Assembly (NCBI GenBank): GCA_937930675.1
Contig: CALHCC010000042.1
Span: forward strand, 1-57,054
Direction: 5' to 3'
DNA: 57,054 bases
Origin: an uncultured Flavobacteriaceae bacterium
GTDB lineage: Bacteria > Bacteroidota > Bacteroidia > Flavobacteriales > Flavobacteriaceae
Shown piece by piece: positions 9,480 to 17,693 of this stretch. Each line of letters opens with the position of its first letter. Position 1 is the stretch's first letter. Under the pieces are notes generated by a model that saw nothing but the letters and a program-made list of their open reading frames with translations, ran no database searches and was not told the origin of the DNA. The position numbers were made by a program, and so were the translations under genes.

Positions 9480-10496
9480 ATGCCATTAAAAATTTTAAGA
9501 ATTCTATTGTTTCCTTTTTCTATTCTATACGGATGCATAGTTTCTGTAAGAAGTTGGCTGTACGATTTTAATGTTTTAACCTCCATAAGTTTTAAACTAC
9601 CGATAATTACCGTAGGAAATTTAAGTGTGGGGGGAACCGGAAAAACACCGCAAATAGAATATTTAATACGTTTGTTACAAGATCAGTATCAAATAGCTGT
9701 GTTAAGTAGAGGGTATAAAAGAAAAAGTAAGGGCTTTGTGTTGGCAGATGCCAAAACTACAGTAGAAACTTTGGGAGATGAACCTTTTCAGTACCATCAA
9801 AAATTTAAAGAAATACAGGTTGCTGTTGATGCAAATAGGGTAGAGGGAGTTAGCAAAATTTTAAAAAATAAGCCCGATACTCAAATAATTCTTTTAGATG
9901 ATGCTTATCAGCATAGAAAAATAAAAGCAGGATTTCAAATTCTATTATCTTCTTACGATCAATTGTTTTACAACGATTTTATGATGCCTACCGGTAATTT
10001 ACGTGAGTTATGGTGGGGGAAAAAACGAGCAGACGTAATTGTTGTTACCAAATGTCCTCAAAATTTATCGGAACAAGAACAACAGATCATCATTCAAAAA
10101 ATAAAACCAAATTCGGCACAAAAAGTATTTTTTACTGCCATAAAATATGCAAATACTGTACAAGGAAGTGCTATTTTGCCATTAACAATATTTTTACAGC
10201 AAAAAATTACGTTGGTTACAGGAATTGCCAAACCTAAGCCTTTGGTTGATTTTTTACAGAATTTAGGAGCTAATTTTGAACATATTAGTTATCCAGATCA
10301 TCATCATTTTACAGCAAAAGATGTGGAGAAGATTCAAGCAAAAGCAGTACACTCTAAAATAGTAACTACTGAGAAAGATTTTGTAAGATTAGAACAGCAC
10401 CTTAAAGAAGTTTATTATTTACCGATAGAAACTTATTTTTTAAATCAAGTCAAGTTGTTTGATGAGCAAGTACTTAACTTTATTGCTGAATTTTAA
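9480..10496 (+). CDS. lpxK: Tetraacyldisaccharide 4'-kinase
   Basis: VGNLSVGGTGKTP, LSRGY, GDEP, LDDAYQH, PDHH and TTEKD motifs. Confidence 0.96.
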   Translation: MPLKILRILLFPFSILYGCIVSVRSWLYDFNVLTSISFKLPIITVGNLSVGGTGKTPQIEYLIRLLQDQYQIAVLSRGYKRKSKGFVLADAKTTVETLGDEPFQYHQKFKEIQVAVDANRVEGVSKILKNKPDTQIILLDDAYQHRKIKAGFQILLSSYDQLFYNDFMMPTGNLRELWWGKKRADVIVVTKCPQNLSEQEQQIIIQKIKPNSAQKVFFTAIKYANTVQGSAILPLTIFLQQKITLVTGIAKPKPLVDFLQNLGANFEHISYPDHHHFTAKDVEKIQAKAVHSKIVTTEKDFVRLEQHLKEVYYLPIETYFLNQVKLFDEQVLNFIAEF

Positions 10497-11196
10497 GTTT
10501 TGTAGCTCCTGTAACTTCTAAGTATTTGTTTTTACTGTAGGCAATAACAGACAACTCATCGCTAGGCAATACCCAATTAGGGATGGCAATAGTCACTTTG
10601 TTTTTAGTAGCGTTTGTAATGATTTGATTGGCAACAATATTGCTATTGGTAAGTGTTCTATGGCTATTTTCTCCTCTGCTTACTTTGGTAGTTCTTTGAT
10701 TAACAACCAGTGCAAAAACAATATTTTGAGAAGTATTTGTTGTTTGATAATTGAGTTGCACTTCGGATGATTTTTTACTGACTAACGAAAGTGTAATTGG
10801 ATTTACAGTGTTTGTAGTGCTATATTTTTTTATGGCAGCACGCGTTTTTCTAGCATCGGCTCCATTAAAATGTTCTTTACCGTTTATCACTAATTGCGGA
10901 GTGTAGGTGTACTTGCTTTGTAATTGTCTACAATAAGTAACTTGATACTTACTAAAATCTGCCTTACTAAACGGATCTTTCCATCCTAATCTGTTCCAAT
11001 AATCTACATGATAAGAGAGTACATATACATCTGAATAATTTTCTTTAACACTTTGCAACAAATCATCTGCAGGTGGGCAACTGCTACAACCTTGCGAGGT
11101 GAACAATTCTAAGACAATGGGTGTTTTACTTTGAGCAGTGATAATTGAAGAACTAAAGAATACTATGGAAATAAAAATATAGTTAAGAAATTTCAT
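10480..11196 (-). CDS. Secreted DUF1223 thioredoxin-like protein
   Basis: Signal peptide, ELFTSQGCSSCPPAD, HVDYWNRLGWKDPF and YTPQ. Confidence 0.9.
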   Translation of the reverse strand: MKFLNYIFISIVFFSSSIITAQSKTPIVLELFTSQGCSSCPPADDLLQSVKENYSDVYVLSYHVDYWNRLGWKDPFSKADFSKYQVTYCRQLQSKYTYTPQLVINGKEHFNGADARKTRAAIKKYSTTNTVNPITLSLVSKKSSEVQLNYQTTNTSQNIVFALVVNQRTTKVSRGENSHRTLTNSNIVANQIITNATKNKVTIAIPNWVLPSDELSVIAYSKNKYLEVTGATKLKIQQ

Positions 11197-11256
11197 GAAA
11201 GTGGCTATTTATTAATAAAATAGACGTTTTATCTCTTTTTTGTTTACAAATTAAGT

Positions 11257-11589
11257 TTAAAAATCACTTTTTAACGCAAAGTCTCCCCAATTGGCAATGG
11301 CCTTTACAATGGGAATTAGCGTTGTACCCATGTCTGTTAAAATGTATTCTACTTTTAAAGGAGGTTTTTTAGCATATACTTTTCTAAAAACAACTCCGTC
11401 TTCTTCTAGTTTTTTAAGTTGTAGGCTTAAAGTACGTTCTGTTACCGTAGGCATTTTTTTTCTTAATTCGTTGTATCGCAAAGGACCTTCGGAGAGATAA
11501 TAAAGAATTACTGTTTTCCATTTACCGCCTATAATACTCATGGTTAAGCTTGTACAACATGGGTATTCTTTGTTTTTAAATTGATGCAT
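11257..11589 (-). CDS. HxlR-family winged-helix regulator
   Basis: IGGKWK..LRYNEL..LSLQLKKLE..PLKVEY.LT with N-terminal Cys residues, divergent from a nitroreductase. Confidence 0.92.
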   Translation of the reverse strand: MHQFKNKEYPCCTSLTMSIIGGKWKTVILYYLSEGPLRYNELRKKMPTVTERTLSLQLKKLEEDGVVFRKVYAKKPPLKVEYILTDMGTTLIPIVKAIANWGDFALKSDF

Positions 11590-11684
11590 TTTATACTATC
11601 CTTTTTAACCGTTATTGCAAATATACTAAACTATCATTAGGTTTGTAACTATAAAAAAGATAGTTTAAAATAATAGATAGTAAA

Positions 11685-12359
11685 ATGAAAACACCTAACA
11701 GTACCCCAGCACAAGTACTAGAAGCCTTTAATTACAGACATGCAACAAAAGTATTTGATACTTCTAAAAAATTATCTAAAGAGCAAATAGATTTTATTCT
11801 TAAAACAGCTCAATTATCACCCAGTTCTTTTGGTTTTGAACCTTGGCATTTTATTGTGGTTCAAGATCAGGAGTTAAGAGAGTTGTTGAAACCGGTAGCA
11901 TGGGGAGCTCCAGAAAAATTAGATACGGCAAGTCATTTTATTTTGGGTTTGGCCATGAAAGCTCCTATGACAGCATGGGATGCGGATTACATTATGCATA
12001 TGATGAAGGAGGTAAAACAATTTCCTGAAGATGTGATAGCGATGTATTCTAAATTTTATAGAGAATTCCAGGAACGAGATTTTGAATTGGATACAGATAA
12101 AAAAATGTTTGATTGGGCTTGTAAACAAACTTATATTGCCTTAGGGAATATGATGACAGCTGCTGCGTTAACAGGAATTGATAGTTGTCCTATTGAAGGA
12201 TTTCATCAGGAAAAGGCAGAGGCTTTATTAAAAGAAAAGTTTGGTGTAGATACAGAAAAGTACGGATTGTCTTATATGGTGGCTTTTGGTTATAGAAAAG
12301 ACGAGCCTGCACATTCTAAATCTAGAAGAGATATAAAAGAGATTGTTACTTGGAAGTAA
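11685..12359 (+). CDS. NAD(P)H-dependent nitroreductase (NfsB/YfkO-like)
   Basis: RHATKVF, SPSSFGFEPW, GIDSCPIEGF and FGYR motifs. Confidence 0.92.
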   Translation: MKTPNSTPAQVLEAFNYRHATKVFDTSKKLSKEQIDFILKTAQLSPSSFGFEPWHFIVVQDQELRELLKPVAWGAPEKLDTASHFILGLAMKAPMTAWDADYIMHMMKEVKQFPEDVIAMYSKFYREFQERDFELDTDKKMFDWACKQTYIALGNMMTAAALTGIDSCPIEGFHQEKAEALLKEKFGVDTEKYGLSYMVAFGYRKDEPAHSKSRRDIKEIVTWK

Positions 12360-12480
12360 TAAATTAAAGTGTGTCTGTAATATTGTTTATACCGTTTTTA
12401 AAATACAATTTCTCATCATTTTAAAAAGTTCAGTCTTAACTGTTGTTTTGTTTAACAAATAAAGAATGTGGCAAAAAAAA

Positions 12481-12519
12481 CAGTTCAAGTAAAATTCTTA
12501 TAGAATTTTACTTGAACTG
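12481..12519. repeat. Perfect 18-bp inverted repeat
   Basis: cagttcaagtaaaattct-tat-agaattttacttgaactg. An adjacent A-run would give a U-tract on the minus strand. Confidence 0.8.
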
Positions 12520-12557
12520 ACATATTTTAAAGTCTTAATTTTTAATTGACATGAGAA

Positions 12558-12685
12558 TGCACTAGGGATAGCAGCGGCATCCTTTTGCTATTTGTTTGAG
12601 TGAATTTATGAAGTGGAACGGAGTAAATTTGTATTGAAAACAAACAGCAAAAGATATAGCGTATAGCCCGACCTTGGGAGTGCCC
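12558..12685 (+). ncRNA. Structured intergenic RNA motif, copy 1 (resembles Flavo-1; strand uncertain)
   Basis: GCACT-AGGGATAGCAGCGG...AGCCCGACC..GGGAGTGCCC with a long internal hairpin. Covaries with the copy at 47759-47873. Confidence 0.6.
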
Positions 12686-12749
12686 AAAACAATAGATTTC
12701 TTAAATTCTAATTGATATGCTTTTTTTAAATAGGTATAACTGTAAATAG

Positions 12750-12784
12750 AAAAGAGGCTTGTGAATTACTCATAAGCCTCTTTA
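12750..12784 (-). terminator. Terminator of purM
   Basis: aaaagaggctt...aagcctctttt hairpin 20 nt after the purM stop. Confidence 0.75.
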
Positions 12785-12803
12785 TTATTTTAATAGATCG
12801 TTT

Positions 12804-13991
12804 TTAATAATCGAAAGTTCCAAATTCACTACGGATGGTTAGTGATTTTTGTCCTTCTGATTTAGGTGCTTCTACGCGACCAATAATTTTAGCGTCTACG
12901 TTAAAAGATTTAGAAATAGCAATAATATCTTCTGCTATTTCTGCAGGAATGTACAATTCCATACGGTGTCCCATGTTAAATACTTGGTACATTTCTTTCC
13001 AATCGGTACCTGAATTTTCTTGTATTAATTTAAATAGTGGGGGTACGCTAAACATGTTGTCTTTTACAATGTGTAGGTTTTCTACAAAGTGTAAAATTTT
13101 TGTTTGTGCTCCTCCAGAACAGTGTACCATTCCGTGAATTTCTTTTGGAGTGTATTTGTTTAAAATGGCTTTTATAATAGGTGCGTAGGTTCTTGTTGGT
13201 GATAATACCAATTTACCTGCATTTATAGGTGCATTTTCTACAGTATCGGTTAGTTTTGTTTTTCCGGAGTATACCAATTCATCGGGTACGGCTGCATCAA
13301 AACTTTCTGGGTATTTGTTGGCTAAGTATTTGTCAAACACATCGTGTCTAGCAGAGGTTAATCCGTTAGATCCCATTCCGCCATTGTATTCTTTTTCGTA
13401 ACTAGCCTGACCAAAAGATTCTAAACCTACAATAACGTCTCCTGCTTTTATGTTGGCATTGTCTACCACATTTGCTCGTTTCATTCTAGCGGTTACGGTA
13501 GAGTCTACAATAATGGTTCTTACCAAATCTCCAACATCTGCAGTTTCTCCTCCTGTAGAGTGAATGGTTACTCCAAATTCTTTTAATTCTGCTAATAGCT
13601 CTTCTGTACCGTTAATAATTTCTGAAATTACTTCTCCGGGAATTAAGTTTTTGTTACGTCCTATGGTAGAGGATAGCAAAATATTGTCTGTAGCTCCTAC
13701 GCATAATAAATCATCAATATTCATAATTAACGCATCTTGAGCAATTCCTTTCCATACAGAAACATCTCCTGTTTCTTTCCAATACATATAGGCTAAAGAA
13801 GATTTTGTTCCAGCACCATCGGCATGCATAATTAAGCAATGTTCGTTATCGTTGGTAAGATAATCGGGAACAATTTTACAAAAAGCTTTAGGAAATAGGC
13901 CTTTGTCTACATTTTTAATAGCATTGTGTACATCTTCTTTAGAAGCGGATACTCCTCTTTGACTATATCTTTTACTTACTTCAGAACTCAT
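12804..13991 (-). CDS. purM: Phosphoribosylformylglycinamidine cyclo-ligase (AIR synthase), Bacteroidota type
   Basis: DGAGTKS, GGETADVGD, SNGLTSARH, LSPTRTY, HCSGG and FNMG motifs. Confidence 0.93.
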   Translation of the reverse strand: MSSEVSKRYSQRGVSASKEDVHNAIKNVDKGLFPKAFCKIVPDYLTNDNEHCLIMHADGAGTKSSLAYMYWKETGDVSVWKGIAQDALIMNIDDLLCVGATDNILLSSTIGRNKNLIPGEVISEIINGTEELLAELKEFGVTIHSTGGETADVGDLVRTIIVDSTVTARMKRANVVDNANIKAGDVIVGLESFGQASYEKEYNGGMGSNGLTSARHDVFDKYLANKYPESFDAAVPDELVYSGKTKLTDTVENAPINAGKLVLSPTRTYAPIIKAILNKYTPKEIHGMVHCSGGAQTKILHFVENLHIVKDNMFSVPPLFKLIQENSGTDWKEMYQVFNMGHRMELYIPAEIAEDIIAISKSFNVDAKIIGRVEAPKSEGQKSLTIRSEFGTFDY

Positions 13992-14182
13992 ATGGGTTAA
14001 ATATTAATTTAAAAGAATGTGCAAATTTAGTTATTTGATTTTAGTTAGAATTATAATTTTGAAATAACATTAAAATTGTGAAAAATCAGCTTTTAAAATG
14101 TTTAAAAACATTGTTGTTTTAAAATTGGCTTTTGCTACGTAAAAATACGTAGAACTACTGTTGTTCAATAGAATTTTTATTT

Positions 14183-14190
14183 TATATTTG
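14183..14190 (+). promoter_or_regulatory. -7 promoter (TATATTTG) of glutamine synthetase
   Basis: TAnnTTTG 49 nt upstream of the ATG. The divergent purM element TAAATTTG lies at 14022-14029 (-). Confidence 0.6.
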
Positions 14191-14239
14191 TGTCCTTTAA
14201 GAGATAAAATTAAAACTTTATTAACCTCATATTTATATT

Positions 14240-15247
14240 ATGGCTAAAATTAAATTAGAGTACATCTGGTTAGATGGTACTTTTCCAACACAACAATTAA
14301 GAAGTAAAACTAAAGTTGAAGAGCACGAAAACTTTCAAGGAACTTTAGAAGAAATTGGAAACTGGTCTTTTGATGGTTCATCAACAAACCAAGCTGAAGG
14401 AGGTTCATCTGACTGTTTATTAATTCCTGTGGCTATCTACCCAGATCCTGCAAGAGTTAATGGATATTTAGTAATGACTGAGGTTTACAACGCAGACCAT
14501 ACACCACACGAAACTAACGGACGTGCTACTATTGAAGATGATAATGATGATTTCTGGTTTGGATTCGAACAAGAATACTTTATCATGGATTCTGAAACAA
14601 AATTACCAATTGGTTTCCCTCACCACGGATGGCAAGGTCAGTACTACTGTTCAGTAGGAGGACAAAACACTTTTGGTAGAGAATTAGTTGAAGAGCATGC
14701 TGATTTATGTATTGAAGCTGGATTAAACTTTGAAGGAATCAACCAAGAGGTTGCTTGTGGACAATGGGAATTCCAATTGTTTGCAAAAGGAGCTAAACAA
14801 GCTGGAGACGAAATTTGGATTGCTCGTTACTTATTGAACAGATTAACTGAGGATAGAGGAATGTACATTGAGTACCACCCAAAACCATTAGGAGATACTG
14901 ACTGGAACGGATCTGGAATGCATGCTAACTTCTCTAACTCTGTGTTAAGAGAGTGTGGATCTAAAGAAAAGTATGCTGAAATTTGTGAAGCTTTCCGTTC
15001 TGTAGTAGATGAGCACATTGCTGTTTACGGAGAAGATAACGACCAACGTTTAACAGGTAAGCACGAAACTGCTGCTATTACTGATTTCTCTTGGGGAGTT
15101 TCTGATAGAGGATGTTCAATCCGTATTCCAATTATCGCTGTAGAAAAAGGATACAAAGGATGGTTAGAAGACCGTCGTCCATCTTCTAACGGAGATCCAT
15201 ATAAAATTGCTGCTCGTATTGTAAAAACAGTTAAAACTGTTTGCTAA
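14240..15247 (+). CDS. glnII: Glutamine synthetase type II
   Basis: 335 aa with EYIWLDG, WSFDGSST, WFGFEQEY, GDTDWNGSGMH, RLTGKHET and EDRRPSSN motifs. Confidence 0.92.
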   Translation: MAKIKLEYIWLDGTFPTQQLRSKTKVEEHENFQGTLEEIGNWSFDGSSTNQAEGGSSDCLLIPVAIYPDPARVNGYLVMTEVYNADHTPHETNGRATIEDDNDDFWFGFEQEYFIMDSETKLPIGFPHHGWQGQYYCSVGGQNTFGRELVEEHADLCIEAGLNFEGINQEVACGQWEFQLFAKGAKQAGDEIWIARYLLNRLTEDRGMYIEYHPKPLGDTDWNGSGMHANFSNSVLRECGSKEKYAEICEAFRSVVDEHIAVYGEDNDQRLTGKHETAAITDFSWGVSDRGCSIRIPIIAVEKGYKGWLEDRRPSSNGDPYKIAARIVKTVKTVC

Positions 15248-15271
15248 TTACAGCACTTTAAATACTTATAG

Positions 15272-15302
15272 AAAGCTCGGTAATTTTACCGAGCTTTTTT
15301 TT
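15272..15302 (+). terminator. Intrinsic terminator after glnII
   Basis: aaagctcggtaa / ttaccgagcttt followed by a T-run. Confidence 0.85.
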
Positions 15303-15332
15303 ATGATGTAATTTTAAATAACTTTGGATGCT

Positions 15333-16088
15333 ATGACATTATTTATTTTTCTATTAATTACAGTACTTATTTTAGTTTTTACTTTTCATCGAAAAAAAGT
15401 AAAAACACCAAAGATTACTCCCAATCAATTAACTAGTTTATTAGCTGCACATGTATGGTTTTACCAACAGTTAACGGAAGAAGAGCAGCAAATTTTTAGT
15501 ACAAAAGTTCAACGTTTTTTAACACAGGTACATATTGAGGCGGTAGGTTTTGTATTAAAAGATATAGATATTGTTTTAGTAGCTACTAGTGCTATAATTC
15601 CTGTATTTTATTTTAAAAATTGGCAATACACCAATTTAAACACTGTGTTAATTTATCCGGATTATTTTGATAAGGATTTAAATTACAAAACCGGAGAACG
15701 AAATATTGCGGGTTTGGTAGGTACGGGTAGATTTGAAAACCAAATGATTTTGTCCAAAAAAGCATTGCATCACGGTTTTAAAAATAAAACAGATAAATAC
15801 AATACAGCCATTCATGAATTTGTGCATTTAATAGATAAAATGGACGGAGTAGTCGATGGAATTCCTAAAGTATTGATGACTAAATCTGTTACACTCCCAT
15901 GGTTAGATTTAATTCATGAAAAAATGGAAAAAATTAATCAGGATGAATCGGACATAAGAGCATATGGAGGTACCAGTAGGCAAGAATTTTTTGCCGTAGT
16001 TGCTGAGTATTTTTTTGAACGTCCAAAATTATTAAAACAAAAACATCCTGAGCTATACAGTATGTTGGCTTCTTGTTTTATAAAGTAG
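15333..16088 (+). CDS. Zinc-dependent peptidase, MtfA/M90 family
   Basis: HEFVH, YG..S.QEFFAV..EYFFERP and HPELY motifs, N-terminal TM segment. ATG 15333 preferred. Confidence 0.88.
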   Translation: MTLFIFLLITVLILVFTFHRKKVKTPKITPNQLTSLLAAHVWFYQQLTEEEQQIFSTKVQRFLTQVHIEAVGFVLKDIDIVLVATSAIIPVFYFKNWQYTNLNTVLIYPDYFDKDLNYKTGERNIAGLVGTGRFENQMILSKKALHHGFKNKTDKYNTAIHEFVHLIDKMDGVVDGIPKVLMTKSVTLPWLDLIHEKMEKINQDESDIRAYGGTSRQEFFAVVAEYFFERPKLLKQKHPELYSMLASCFIK

Positions 16089-16112
16089 TATCTACTTCTT
16101 TTACTAAAAAGC

Positions 16113-16144
16113 AAAAGCCTTAACAAATAATGTTAAGGCTTTTT
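16113..16144. terminator. Bidirectional terminator between the peptidase gene and tRNA-Phe
   Basis: aaaagccttaaca / tgttaaggctttt. Confidence 0.75.
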
Positions 16145-16220
16145 TGGTGGTGCCTCCAGGAATCGAACCAGGGACACAAGGATTTTCAGTCCTTTGCTCT
16201 ACCAACTGAGCTAAGGCACC
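16145..16220 (-). tRNA. tRNA-Phe(GAA)
   Basis: Reverse complement reads GGTGCCTTAGCTCAGTTGGTAGAGCAAAGGACTGAAAATCCTTG...GGTTCGATTCC..GGAGGCACCACCA, with encoded CCA. Promoter TATATTTG at 16237-16244 (-). Confidence 0.97.
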
Positions 16221-16410
16221 AGTGCTATTGCGAGTGCAAATATATACTTTTTAGTAGATGTACAAAGGGTTTTGTATTGAAAAATGGCAACTTTTTTTTA
16301 CAGAATTCATTATGAGATATTTACCTTTTGTTTTTTATTGAGTCTATAATAATTTTGTCTAAGCCGTAAGTTAAAAGTATTTTTGTCTACAAACCAACAA
16401 AATTTTTAAT

Positions 16411-17547
16411 ATGCGTATAGGAGTTGTTTGTTATCCAACTTTTGGAGGAAGTGGAGTAGTTGCTACGGAAATAGGAATGGCTTTGGCCAAAAAAGGATAT
16501 GAAATTCACTTTATTACCTACAACCCACCTGTACGATTAGATTTAATATCTAGTGGTATTCATTTTCATCAAGTACAAATAGAGGAATATTCTTTATTTC
16601 AGCACCAACCTTACGAATTGGCTTTATCTAGTAAAATGGTACAAGTTGTGGAAAAGTACGATTTAGAGATATTACATGTACACTATGCAATTCCTCATGC
16701 TTATGCAGCTTACATGGCAAAACAAATGCTATTGCAAAAAGGAATAGATGTTAAAGTAGTGACCACTTTGCATGGAACGGATATAACGTTGGTGGGTAGC
16801 CACCCTAACTATAAAACAGCTGTAGAGTTTAGCATCAATCAGTCGGACGTAGTAACTACTGTATCGAATAGCTTAAAAGAAGATACTTATAGACTATTTG
16901 CCATTGATAAAAAAATAGAGGTTGTTTATAATTTTATTGAATTAGATAAGTATGGACATTCGTTAGGGGGACCCGATTGTCAAAGAGGAAATATTGCGAG
17001 TGAAGATGAATTTATATTAACACATATTAGTAATTACAGACCTGTTAAGCGAGCAAAAGATGTGGTAAAGATATTTGCTAAAGTATTAGAAAAAAAGCCT
17101 GCAAAATTGATGTTAGTAGGGCAGGGGCCTGATATGCCAGAAGTGAAAAGAGTAGCGAAAGAATTAGGTGTATATGATAAAATATTATTTTTAGGAAATA
17201 GTACTGAGGTAAACAAAATTCTATGCTATTCTGATGTGTTTATATTACCTTCTAAATCCGAGAGCTTTGGTTTAGCTGCTTTGGAAGCTATGGCTGCTAA
17301 AACTCCTGTTATTTCTAGTAATACAGGTGGTTTGCCAGAAGTTAACGTACATGGTGTTACTGGTTTTTTAAGCGATGTTAAACAAGTAGATGATATGGCT
17401 AAGAATACCTTAAAGCTTATTGAAAGTAAAAAAGTTTTAGAAAAATACAAACAAAATGCTTACGAAAGAGCTAAAACATTTGGGATAGATAATGTATTGC
17501 CTAAATACGAAAAAATATACGAAAGTTTAGTAGCGTTAACAAAATAG
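16411..17547 (+). CDS. bshA: N-acetyl-alpha-D-glucosaminyl L-malate synthase (bacillithiol biosynthesis)
   Basis: CYPTFGGSGVVATE, HVHYAIPHA, TTLHGTDIT and ESFGLAALEAM motifs. Confidence 0.95.
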   Translation: MRIGVVCYPTFGGSGVVATEIGMALAKKGYEIHFITYNPPVRLDLISSGIHFHQVQIEEYSLFQHQPYELALSSKMVQVVEKYDLEILHVHYAIPHAYAAYMAKQMLLQKGIDVKVVTTLHGTDITLVGSHPNYKTAVEFSINQSDVVTTVSNSLKEDTYRLFAIDKKIEVVYNFIELDKYGHSLGGPDCQRGNIASEDEFILTHISNYRPVKRAKDVVKIFAKVLEKKPAKLMLVGQGPDMPEVKRVAKELGVYDKILFLGNSTEVNKILCYSDVFILPSKSESFGLAALEAMAAKTPVISSNTGGLPEVNVHGVTGFLSDVKQVDDMAKNTLKLIESKKVLEKYKQNAYERAKTFGIDNVLPKYEKIYESLVALTK

Positions 17548-17558
17548 TAAAACTATAT

Positions 17559-17633
17559 AAAAAATAAACCAGAAAAAGAGTTTGGGTTACTCAATTTCTG
17601 GTTTCGTATAAATTTCATTCAACCTAAATTTAC
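17559..17633 (-). ncRNA. Candidate ~75-nt small RNA
   Basis: Orphan TATATTTG at 17638-17645 (-), then an aaaccagaaa...tttctggttt hairpin with a U-tract, and no ORF. Confidence 0.45.
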
Positions 17634-17693
17634 AATGCAAATATACAAATCTATATTGTTAAAACTGTCAAATGACAGTTTTTTAATGTAAAA

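Noticed and set aside
16130-16315. 61-aa ORF
   Set aside because: Overlaps tRNA-Phe, its promoter and its terminator
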